Source of the DNA: Entomortierella parvispora E1425
Lineage: Eukaryota; Fungi; Mortierellomycota
Assembly (NCBI GenBank): GCA_020891255.1
Contig: BQFW01000013.1
Span: 310,001 to 374,000, forward strand
Length of the DNA: 64,000 nt
Reading direction: 5' to 3'
A model generated the notes under the pieces. The model worked only from the letters and a program-made list of their open reading frames with translations. It ran no database searches and was not told the origin of the DNA. Positions 1-11,095 of this stretch are shown here, piece after piece (position 1 is the stretch's first letter; each line of letters begins with the position of its first letter). Both the position numbers and the translations under genes were made by a program.

Positions 1-676
1 TTTTTTTTCTTTTTTTCTTTTTTCGATATACATATATAAAGACGTCTTGACGGCATGGTTTGTTCTTGAGCGACGGAATGCCGTCTTTCCATGGATAGGG
101 ATAAGAAGGTGAACTTGATGGAGGCATGCTTTGCAAAAGAGAGCATCGAGACTGGGGGTGTTGACCCCCTTTGATGAAGCACATCTTCCTACGCACGCAC
201 ACACCTGTTCTACCGCTGTGCAACCATGGAAGGGAGGGAATGAAATAGGAAGCAGGCGACGCCTTGTCCCCTTTGCTTGCGTTGTGCACGCAAACATCCC
301 TCTTGCTCATCTGCATCATCCCTTCTCACCATTCTTCCTTTGTTCCTTTGCTCCCATCAAGTGCACCCCTCCATCGCTCCTTCCTCTGCCAGCGCCCTGG
401 CATGTTCATACCAGAAACCCTGCTTGCCTGCCCCCAGCCAACATTCTAAAAAAAGGACAAGTACTTGTCCTCCTTTCCTCTCACGCATCGCAATCGCCTT
501 CTCTCATTTACCTTTGTTCTATTTGTTACTCTTACTCTTCCCTTTTACCCTGTCCTCTTTTTTCAACAAGTCAATCTCCTTTCTCTTCCCTCCCCCTTTT
601 TTTTGTTGCCGACCCCATCCTTCCCGCGCGAGCGCAGAAAGAGTCTCGTCGGTTTTAACTTTGTTTTTTTTCGGTC

Positions 677-1702
677 ATGAACTCTCAATCGCACTTTGAG
701 CCATTGCCGACCGCATTGTCGGGACCGTCGACTTTGCCACTGGTGGGCGATAACGGTCTCTATGATCCGGCTCAATACGCGACTGCATCGTTGCCAGCGT
801 TGGCTGCTGTGGCCCAACAGCGTCAGCAACAGCAGCATCAGCAACAACAACAGCAACAGCAGCAGTCTGGAACGTTTACATCGTCGTCTCCGGTGTCAAA
901 CTCGAAACTGAGCCTGAACAGACCGTCCAGCCAGGACCCTCAGCCTGCACAGCCACCACTGCCACCGCAACAAGTCCAGCAGTTCTCGCTGTCGCAGATC
1001 GACACTCTTCAACAGCAACCGTCGCAGCAGCCATCGCAGCAGCAGCCATTGCAACAGCAGCTTTTTAATCAGCAGCAACAGCAAGATCCAGTGCGGATGG
1101 AGCAGCAACGTCTCCTTCTTCTACAGAGGCAGCATCAGGCTCAGCTTCAGGTTCAACAGTTGCAGCTCAAGCAGCGCCAGAGGCAGATCGAGAATCAGCA
1201 GCAGCAGCAGCAGAAGCAGCAGCAACAACTGCAGCAGCAGCAGCACCTATCGTCCCAAAAGCAGTTCTCCCATCTGGTCGCTTCGCGCGATTCGCCGATC
1301 GCAGAAAGCCCTTTCTTGCCTGCTTCCTCCTCCTCTCCATCGCCGTCGCCTTCATCTGCGCTCTTACTGGCATCTTCCTCTTCTTCCTCTTCCTTCTCAC
1401 TAAACACCTCTCCGTCGCCTTTCTTTCCTCTTCCAAACAACCATAACCACTTTGTGGACACTAGCTATTCGTCCGCCTCCAATCAATCTTCAACCGTCTT
1501 TTCTTCTTCCTCGGGGCTAAACCCATTGCAGTCCTTGCACCCTCTTCATCCTCTTCTTGTCCCTACACTTTCTACAGGTCAAGCTCCTACCTCGGAGCCA
1601 GCTTCCTCGATGGGTATCTTGACTCTTCCTCAAACATCTTTCCACACCCACAACTCGTTCCTGGCCCACTCCCTCTCTCAACCACTCCAACAGATGCAAC
1701 AA

Positions 1703-1734
<32 letters not shown>

Positions 1735-2350
1735 GCAGCAACAGGTTCAGCAGCAGCAACAACAACAACAACAGCAGGTTCAGCAGCAGCTACATCAACA
1801 TCAACGGCAGCAGCTTCAGCAGCAGGCACATCATTTGCATCAACAGTCTCTTCAGCTTCAACTTCAATTGCAGCAGCAGCAACAAGAGCTGTCCCTGTCG
1901 AATGCTGGCCAGACACTGGATCAACTTAGCTTGCAGCAGTGGCAACAGCAACAGCAACAGCAACAGGATACTTTATCCCCACTCTTTCTCGGGATTGAAC
2001 AGACACATTCCGCAGGACATCTCGAACATCAAGCGGTATCATCTTCTGCGTCTTCTCCTTCGGACTCGGGCTCGGCGTCATCGTCCACTGGACCTATTGA
2101 TGTCCACATGGACACCGCAGTGCCCTCCACAGCCTCCACTGCCTCTTTTCCGATTTTCGACAACTCCTCTCTTGCAAATGGCAAGGAGAGTGGTATCAAC
2201 ATTACATTTGCGCCGAGCACCTCGACCTGGACAAAGGCAGATGGTCTGCTGAGCCATCGCACTTTGCTCAATGTTCCGCGCTCAAAGGAGACAGCCAAGT
2301 CCCGTAAGTCGTTTTAGTGCCGTCTTTTCTTCGTTTGCGCGATACAGCTC

Positions 2351-2388
<38 letters not shown>

Positions 2389-5300
2389 GACTGAACAGCA
2401 CGCGAATCGCAGATATTGTCCCCGGATGGCAAATCTAGACACAACGGCAAGGGGAACAGTCCTCTCCAAATCGTGCTTTTTTTTTTAGAAAATATGATCG
2501 GGTCGCCAGTCGCAGAACCCGTTCGAGTCTTGTCCTATCCTGGCGTGTCGTATTGATTTATTTTCCCCTCTTTCGTTCTCTTCGGATGAAATAGAGAATG
2601 ATGTCTCAAGACGACTCTCACACTCAAGTACAAATAGTGGCAGTGATAGAGTCGCAACTACTACGACAGTCGACCACTCGACGCCGTCGTCTTCGGCCTC
2701 CCCCGTGATGACCTCCACTATTGCCCCGGATGACATCTCCAGAAGCGCAGCCATTTCTGCGATGCCGACCGTTGCCATTGACGAGGTTTGTCTCTCTTTC
2801 GATCTTCTGCAAATGTCATGGTCCCTTTTTCGCGATTTCGCGATATTTCGCATTCCTTTTTTTTTTCTTATTTTTTCGCGCTCTTTGGATGTTCCGTCAT
2901 CGCGCCTCGCTGGCTCCCACTGCGCCATGTGTCTCTTTGCACCACAGCGTGCAGAGAGTACAGAGACGCAGCGATTTCAAAGACTCGTTCGCTATGTCGC
3001 GTAACTTCAGTTATATTTTTTGTGTCTAAACTCTCTATGACACCTACGTTCCATGTTCGCGTATGGAGCCACTGCTTTGGTTTTATGTAGCGGTATCCTT
3101 CCTTGTTCCATCCATCCATCATATCTCTGCCCCCCTCGTTTCTCCTCTCTCTCTTTCTTCTGCTCCAATTCCTTTCACTCCTACCCCTCGGTTGAGTCCA
3201 CTATTTTCACCTATTTCCTCTCAATCAATCGACCCATGGTCCCTGTCTCCGTGAAGCAGACTGCCCCCCGATCACTCTCTTTTTTGCCTCTTGAATCAAC
3301 AAAAGAACGACCCGGATATAGCGATACTTAACCATCGCGTTTTCACTCTCTAGAACGAGGACATGTCAGTCTACTCGCTCAATGCGCGAGTTATCCAAAA
3401 GAAAGATCAATTGGAGGAGTTGTCAGAGACTGGAGCCATCATCCCGGCACCAGTGGTCGAGGAAGTCCGCACAGGCCAACAGTTCCTGATCAAGCTTCAT
3501 CTGGTCAAGACAAGACCGACCCCTTCGCCTGCCTTTCCCTCCCTGCGTGTCGGTCGTCGTGAAGCCATCAACACTGCGGGGGAGTCCCGCACCGACCCGG
3601 AGCCGCTGACCCTAGAGATCTTTGTCCATCTTGCCAAGAGTGGGCAGATCCGACAGGGTGCATGTGCAAAGTGCTGCCACAAGGTAATTCAGAACGGGCG
3701 ATGAGGAATGAGGGATGAAGGGTCTCTTTTCCTGTTTCGTTTGTGCGTGCACCCCTTTTGCATCCATCCGTCCGATTGCTGTCTGTGCGTCCATCTGCCC
3801 CCCGCTTTGTCTAAAAATCATCCCCTCGACCCTCTTTGACCTATTGACATAGTACGGCCCTGCTTCTCCGATCCTCGTGCTGTTGGATCCCCTTTCGCCA
3901 TCAGTGACCGACCCATTGAACTATGCCCATGTCGACACTACATCGGGCTCCATCACCCTTCTTGCCAAAGTTGTTTGCTCATCAACCGACCACGGTGAAC
4001 GCGGCAACAAGGACCGATACATCTTTGAGTTTAGACTGAAGCGCACCAGCACTATGCCTTTGACCGCCCTTGTCGCTATGGATACCGCGGAAGACGTTGG
4101 CGAGAGCATCGCAGCCTGCTTCACTCCTCCTATAATGTGCTCCGGACATCACAAGGCCAAACGCACCTACCCACACCAGCGTCCCTCTAAAACCTCAAAG
4201 GGCGCTCCCACCCCGAAAGTGAAGACGATCAAGCGCCACAAAAGCGCCCCAAACATCATGCACGAACCGTACGGTGGCGACTCTCAACCGCATGCTGGTT
4301 CTAGCTCAAGCAACTCTTCGTCCATGCATCGCAATCTGGATCACCACTCTGGCTTGTCATTCTTGCCCGAGGATCTATCACAAGGTGCCATGGCGGACCC
4401 TTACCGATCAAGGTCCAACGAGGCCACTTTGAACTCTGTTAACGCCGAGGACTTTTTGATGACCTCTGCGCAATCGTCATCGCATCCACTACAGCAACAG
4501 CTGCAGGTTCAGTACCCCCGAGTTCTGGAGGTCCGCCCAGACCATGGTCCTATCAGGAAGACAACGGATGTGGTGCTTCGTGGATTGTTTTTCCAGGAGG
4601 GCATGGTACCTTATTTTGGTTGCTTTCCGGCTCAGGACATTGTTGTCGAGACCAGCCAGCTAATTCTTTGTAAGGCTCCAGAAAGTCCCCTGCCTGGGAC
4701 TGTGGGGATTTCGATATATGACAATATGGGCAACAACTATTCAGATCTTGGACAGTTCACCTACACGGATGACAGCGAGACGGAACTGCTGATCCTTCAG
4801 TTACAGTTGCGTCTCGCGCATAGAGCTCTGGAGTACTTGCACGCCCAAGCGACTGGAAAGAAGGGCAACGCTGTGGATATTCTCCGAGAGATTCCTGGAC
4901 TAGCTTCATCCTCCCCTCGTGCTGGAGGTGCACTGATGATGGAAGCCACAGAAGGCAGCAGTGGTGACAGCGCGCCATTCATGTCGCTGAGTCAAGTCGA
5001 GGAAGGAATTTTGAGCACGCTAGATCACTTGCCCCGCGAAATCGACATTTCGCTACAGTTAGAGGACGGAAGCAATTTATTGCACCTCAGCATTCTCCTC
5101 GGTTTTAATACTTTGACACGTCGCCTAATTGAGGACGGATGCGACCTCGAGGCTAGAGACGCTTGGTCCATGACTCCACTGAGATATGCAGTACTCAGAG
5201 GAAATGAGGCGATGGCAAGGGAGCTTGTTCTCGGTAAGATTTTTTTTTTTGCAAAAATAATGGTGAAATCGGTTTCTTTTTTTGATGCTGACCCATTTAT

Positions 5301-6721
5301 TTGAATGTTTCATAGCTGGAGCATCATCCTCTGGAGCCAAAAGTCCCCAGGAGTTTTACAGTCATCTACCCTACAGTGCTCCCCAAACGCCTGCTATGGT
5401 AGCCTTCCTAGCCATCAGTTGCCAACGATTCTCTCAAACCGGCGGTTCTTGGGCGTCTGATATCGATTCTGATACTTTGATGGAGGCAGATGAGGGTGAA
5501 GAGCGCGTCGACAACACGGCCGATTCTGACATCAAAGAATCCAGCTCCTCCAATTCGACTCTTATCCAAACCGTACAAGGTGGTTCTGAAGAGAATAATA
5601 GCGAATCTGACGTGACAATGTCGACACTCGCAGATGCTATTCATAGAGTCCGAGTAAGTCAAGGAATTCCACCTCTCGACCAGCAAGATCTACCACCACT
5701 CCAAACTGTTCAGGATGACGGGTCTATCAAGATCAACTCCAAGGTCATCAAAGGCTCGGATATACCTACACCGAACGATGCAGGTCCGTCAGCCATCGCC
5801 AACCCAGAGTCTGGATACCACAGTGGTGTTTACTCGGCGGTTCAGGAGCGCCTTGAAAGATCACATTTGGCGACTCTTCCCTCCAAAGACATCCAACTTG
5901 GAGTTACTTTCAAACGACCTCCAGAGAGTTCTGCATCTCCAACAAGACCGGTATCTATCACTGCTATGCCGTTGGAGCTTTTCAGGACTGGTGATTCATT
6001 CACTGTAGAGATCAAGATCGAGGCAGATCCTCTTGTGCAGTCAGGCGAGGGAAAACCAACCTTACCCAAGGAATTCCTCGGGATTCGACTTCCACAAGAG
6101 ATGATGAAGCGCACGAGCGGACGAGCGGCTTCCATTCTCACAGATATGACGTATGGACTGAATGTGAGCATTGAACTTGGTCATGGAGGCTCTCCACAAG
6201 AACCAGGTCACAAAGGCCATGGTGATGGCATCCTCTTGAATGGATCTTGTCAAGCCTGCTCAAAGTACCTGCACGAGCATCGCAAGCTGTCACCATCAAG
6301 GAGGCCGACTGCGGACCCATTCGTCTACCCCATTATTCAGTTCAACGTTCCTGGAGGATCAGGCTCCACTGTTGGACAGGCAGGTGCAGGCCAAAGGAAC
6401 AATGCTGGTGTGGTCGAGTTGCGCGATGGTCGGTGTGAGTTGAAAGCTCGGGTGAACTGCTCTAGTTTACATCACTTGATCCAGCGTGAGCGGGCTCGCC
6501 GATCTGCCGAACTGAAGAGGCGCAAAGCAGCACAGGAGGCTGACTCGACCGGTGCGGCATCATCTTCCTCGCCGTCGCCGCCTTTGATGGCACTTGCGGA
6601 TCTGGAGGATCCAGGATTCGTGTTCAAGTTTGACCTTGTTCATCCCACGACCAAGGAAATCGTGGCCAGCCACTCCACGCTCCCAACTCTATTCCAGAGC
6701 TACCCTCGAGGCCGAAACTAA
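677..6721 (+). CDS. Spt23/Mga2-like transcription factor: polyQ N-terminus, DNA-binding-like domain, IPT/TIG, ankyrin repeats, second DNA-binding-like domain
   Basis: Exons about 677-2303, 2595-2785, 3354-3683, 3853-5233, 5316-6721 join in frame through GT-AG introns. IPT/TIG motif YPRVLEVRPDHGPIRKTTDVVLRGLFF, ankyrin motifs (GSNLLHLSILLG, DAWSMTPLRYAVLRG), and PPIMCSGHHK resembling the Spt23/Mga2 PIMITDDHK motif. Confidence 0.8.
820..1965 (+). repeat. Coding CAG/CAA polyglutamine tracts in exon 1 of the Spt23/Mga2-like gene
   Basis: Multiple mixed CAG/CAA runs visible, the densest at about 1695-1885. Confidence 0.95.
2354..2384. repeat. Poly(A) homopolymer (about 31 nt) in intron 1
   Basis: Seen directly in the sequence. 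Confidence 0.9.
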
Positions 6722-7199
6722 GGGACCTCTTGATGGCCTTTCTCTTTTCAGATACAAATGTTCAATCCGTTGACTGCCCACTTTTCATGTACAATACCTC
6801 ATATGCCTCATTCAGTAAAATCATTCTGTTACCATCAAGCCCTTGTTTCTACCGCTGTCTGATCTCGCAGATGAACCTTTTGAATAGGATGTGGAAACGC
6901 GATACTAGGGTCCGCCAAGTGATCTTTCTACAGAAAAACGGAAAGGACTTGATCCTTTTTTTCATCCCTCCTCCTTTTGCCATGCCCGATCTTTCTACAA
7001 GACTCGTCGCTCGCGCTTCATTTCTTTTCAATGAATTGAGCATCGTCTTGTTTCACGATGAAAGGAGCCGACATCCACCTCCCCCACATGTATTGCAAGA
7101 AGGCAGTATGACCGAGACTAAACTATGAAATGTATATCATCAACCCGTATAGTCACTCACTTTGCGAGGATGGGTCAGGACCCAGACGGTAGCGCGGTG

Positions 7200-8575
7200 G
7201 GGACCGTAAGACACAAAGCTGACCAGCACTTTGTCGGCAGCCTATTAGACCGAGCACAATGTCTAATGGGTGCTCAATCACTCCAGCTTTGGCACGCCGA
7301 TCCGTGTGCGGCCCATTGGACATCAAGAGTGCCCATCTTTTGGCATGTTAGAAGCTGGTGAACGCCTGACTCAAGGGAGAATATCAAACAAGAAGTTTGA
7401 TTTCCTCCTTGCTCTTCTCCAATTGCGCCTAGAGTCGGCGCCCTTTTCTGCACCCAAACGTAGATGCTGGAGGTTGACCAAAAGACCAAGTTGCTGGTCG
7501 ACGACTGTGTGCTCGACTAGGCTTGGCGCGGAGAACTGGTTCCTCTCATCGAATGCTGGGTAAAGACATTCGATGGCCATCTCCAGATGTGTCAATGTCT
7601 CTGAGCAACCCCACAGTTGGGTCATCAAAGTCCAGCACCCAATGCAGATGGTCCATTAAGCCCAGCCAGTCGTGGAAGTGATCTGATCTAATCTTCAGGC
7701 TGTTATTCTCCAACAAAGTTGAGGGTAGTGCACAGGACTCCCTCAATCTAGTTGCTTTTCAACGCGCGACTGGGAATCGCTGCCAGATGAGCTGATAATA
7801 CCATTTAGAGTAAGTGACTCCAAGGTTACCCCACTCTTGGCAAGGGAGGCGAGACTCTGGACATTTGGTACCGCGATGGTCGGCTTCTTGGCATGTCCCC
7901 CCAGGACCAATACCTGGTCCAACACCCATTCGCCAGCCTGGTTGGCTTTCCAGGTCAGACTTTGGAGATTCCATACGATCGCCATGATATTCGTTCTGGA
8001 CTTTTCGCAAAGTGACCAGTCACCATCAACATGAATCGTAAGAGCCGCCAGGTTGGGACTAGCGCTCAGTAGATCAGCAATCCATGGAACCCCTCAGACC
8101 ACTCAACGACATCCACTTCACGGTCGTCAGTCTAGCTGGTCCGGACAAGGCTTCGTCATAGATCTCATCAGTCAGCTCAGAGAGATAACTTCAGTGAGAA
8201 AAGAGACTCAAGGTGACCGTCCAGTCATAGTGTCAATGCAGAGCGACGCAGTCCAGGCACGGACTATTCATCGTCAAAGCATGAACCAGCTCCAGGGTAC
8301 TGCTCGCGGAATCCCTGAAACTGCGTTGGAAGTCAAGATCAAGGCAACGCTATGTCGAGCATCTGGCTTCGTTCAGCAGTATGCCGTGCTCTATCCCTGT
8401 CGGCTTCAAAGGTCCGGCTGTTGACATTCTTTGTGAAGCCGATCAAGTCCGTCTTGTGGTACTCGCCGTATGATTGTGAAGGGAGCGTCATGTTGGTCAT
8501 TTGTATTTCCATCATGTTTGGATGTTCGTGAAAGACATCCAGGAGCCTACAATGAAAGGAGCTGTGAGCTTGCAT
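7200..8575 (-). pseudogene. Degraded RNI-like leucine-rich-repeat gene (F-box/LRR type typical of Mortierellaceae)
   Basis: Fragments in shifting frames: STLELVHALTMNSPCL..., PWIADLLSASPNLAALTIHV, LWGCSETLTHLEMAIE, QLGLLVNLQHLRLG, TSCLIFSLESGVHQL, then (H)IGVPKLE*LSTH* matching the family C-terminal motif HRIGVxELEWMxxHWP. Several in-frame stops and frameshifts. No F-box was recognised, so the 5' end is uncertain. Confidence 0.75.
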
Positions 8576-10257
8576 GTTGCATGTGATATTTCTAGAAACG
8601 AGAGATATGGATGAAGAGGGAGGACATACCTTGCGTATGAAATGACCAGGCTCTAGAGATATTCCCGAGAAAGGTTTTCAGAAGGCGTCCTTGATATACC
8701 TGGTGTCGTACTTCTTCCTGGCGTGCACAGCTACAGGAGGTACTGGCTGCCAGTCGGCAACCTGATTCCTTAGATCGCAGCCCATTTTGGCGTCTTCGTG
8801 TGAGTTCCTGACCCAGCGCCAGGATGCCGGGATGTGCTGAATATTGATAAGACCTTGTCATTTTCTACCGTCTGAAAGACGAGTGCGTTGTTCGGCGGAT
8901 AACTTCACTGACGAGTAACTATTGAAGAAAAGGGTGAGGGAAAGGGTGGGGGGAAAGAGGCGAAAAAAACCACAGCAGCAAGCCTATTTTATTGCAGGCA
9001 AGGGAAGAAGCCGTGCCTGTTTGTCCGTTGCCCATCACCACCCTGTCCTCCCCGTCATCAGTACGCCGCAGATGTTTTTCCTCTCGTTGACGAGGAAGAG
9101 GGGGAGAGACGTCTGTCTTGAGCCAGGGCCCGATCGGCCTTGCCTTGCTTTTATTCCCTGTTGCCCTGAGCCAACATCATCACGAGTAGAATCTCAACCC
9201 TTCAAAATGAGTGTCCGGCACAGCCACTTCCAAAATAAAAAAATATAATGGATGTATTGCATTGTATGGGAGAATAAATGAATAGGTGTGGCCTGCACCC
9301 TGCTGGACGCACGTTACAGACTTCAGGCTTTGGATCACCTTGATACCCTCCATGATCTTGTCGTCCAACCTCAAAGCTGCTTGGCCCAACTGCCTCTCTC
9401 GCCTATGCTGGCACCAAAAAAGAAAAAAAAACGGTTGGCGTGACAGTGTGGTACTTTTCAATGCAAAGCACGACCCATTTATTTTGGCAAACACTATCTA
9501 GTGCCTGCTCTCAGTCAGCTTGCTCTCCAAAAAAGAAGGACGGGGCTGTGCAGGGCGCGCCAACGAGCAGGCGGCAGGCCATCACACCCCTCCTACCTTA
9601 TACTTGACCTGGCTCAACCCTCGAGCAGCGAAATACACCCACACAGTACTCCAAGCCGGTCGTAATAATGAACCTCAACGGCCTCCCGGCCAAAGCTTTG
9701 TCCTGTGGCGCCAAGGAATAGGCATATAGTCCAGCAGCAACAACTCGAAGGGGATTACAAGAGGTCCTACTCAAGGCATACTGGGGAAGGGGGATAAGGG
9801 GGTGCAGTGACAACAAGAGGGGTGCAACAGACTTGGGCCCATGATAAAAGCAAAAGCAAAGGGAAGAACATTCAAACAGAACAAAAGGGACCCAAGTCGT
9901 TGCTGTCTTGATCGAGCCGTGAGAGATTCAGCATCCAAGGATTGCAAGGATTCGTGCTGCAGAGGTAGTGTGGCAATCAGAGGCGAGGTGAAGGGGACAG
10001 GAGCGGAAAGTGCGTGTGAGGAAGAAGAGAGGAAAGAAGAAAAAAGAGTCAAAGACTGCCGCGCCTTTTTTGTTCTGGCACCGTCGTCACTCCCAAAAAG
10101 AGGGGTCAGTTCACCAGTCGATGCACAGGCCCTCTGGTGTGTGTTTTCGGAGATGAACATGTCACGACTCTGCTGAGCCAGCAACTTGGCATGGAGCATG
10201 GAGGGTGTGGAAGTCAGCACGTGACATTCTCACTTGGTGGCGCTGGCGCCTGCCGAA

Positions 10258-10618
10258 TTCGATGCGTTTGGTTTTTGCATGTTACTTAGAGGCTAAGCTC
10301 GATGCGAGATTTCGAAGCATTCGGTTTTGCATTTTGCTTAGCCATTACTTAGAGGCTAAGCTCGACGCGAGATTTCGAAGCATTCGGTTTTGCATTTTGC
10401 TTACCCATTACTTAGAGGCTAAGCTCGACGCGAGATTTCGAAGCATTCGGTTTTGCATTTTGCTTACCCATTACTTAGAGGCTAAGCTCAACGCGAGATT
10501 TCAAAGCATTCAGTTTTGCATTTTGCTTAGCCATTACTTAGAGGCTAAGCTCGATACTTAACCTTTCCTTAACCAGTCAGGTGATTGGATTTCGATGCAT
10601 TCGGTTTTTCATTTTGCT
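10258..10618. repeat. 63-bp minisatellite: 4 full copies (10282-10533) plus partial or degenerate flanking copies
   Basis: Unit TTACTTAGAGGCTAAGCTCGACGCGAGATTTCGAAGCATTCGGTTTTGCATTTTGCTTA(G/C)CCA starts at 10282, 10345, 10408 and 10471. Partial copy at 10534-10555; degenerate pieces at 10258-10280 and 10589-10618. Confidence 0.97.
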
Positions 10619-11095
10619 GAGCAGCGGCAACCAGAGGGCTACAGGTCGCACATGCATCGAATTTCAGAGGCGGACATGTCATACTGTAACTCTGGTTCAG
10701 GGCTCTACATGGACGCGTTGGGACTTGAAACGTGATATTTTCATTTTTGGTGGCGCCTCTCCTCGAGTGTCCATCCATCCTTGCGACGATCGATGCTTGT
10801 CGTTGTGCCCACCTCTCAGTTGAGAGACACCATGTGCTCGGCATTCTCTCTTTGTGAGCTCCTTTCCATTGGTCCCTGTCACTCCCTAAACGACGTTCTG
10901 AAAATAGCGCGCTGATCTACGCACGACGTCAGCTGTTCTGTTATGAAAAAAAGCAAGTCGACTGAGAGCAGGTCCCTCAAATGGACATCTCCTCGAGAAG
11001 TATGTGCAAGCCAGTAGTTTCTCGCTCTCCTTTCTCCCTTCTCTTTAATACAAATTTCTACAATGATGATAAAATACAAAAACCAATTCCTTCCT

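Noticed and set aside
563-1916. Antisense poly-Leu/poly-Ala ORFs
   Set aside because: They are shadows of the CAG/CAA polyQ tracts on the opposite strand.
7200-8575. Stop-codon reassignment explaining the TGA codons
   Set aside because: The same region also has TAG stops and frameshifts, and intact genes in the window end in TGA/TAA/TAG normally, so this is ordinary decay.
10159-10227. TGTCACG...CGTGACA resembling LTR termini
   Set aside because: Only about 68 bp apart, no target-site duplication, and no gag/pol remnants.
10282-10555. 63-bp array as a CRISPR array or as the 118-aa ORF 10205-10561
   Set aside because: Units are contiguous and near-identical with no unique spacers, no cas genes are present, and the genome is eukaryotic. 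The ORF is a by-product of a unit length divisible by 3.
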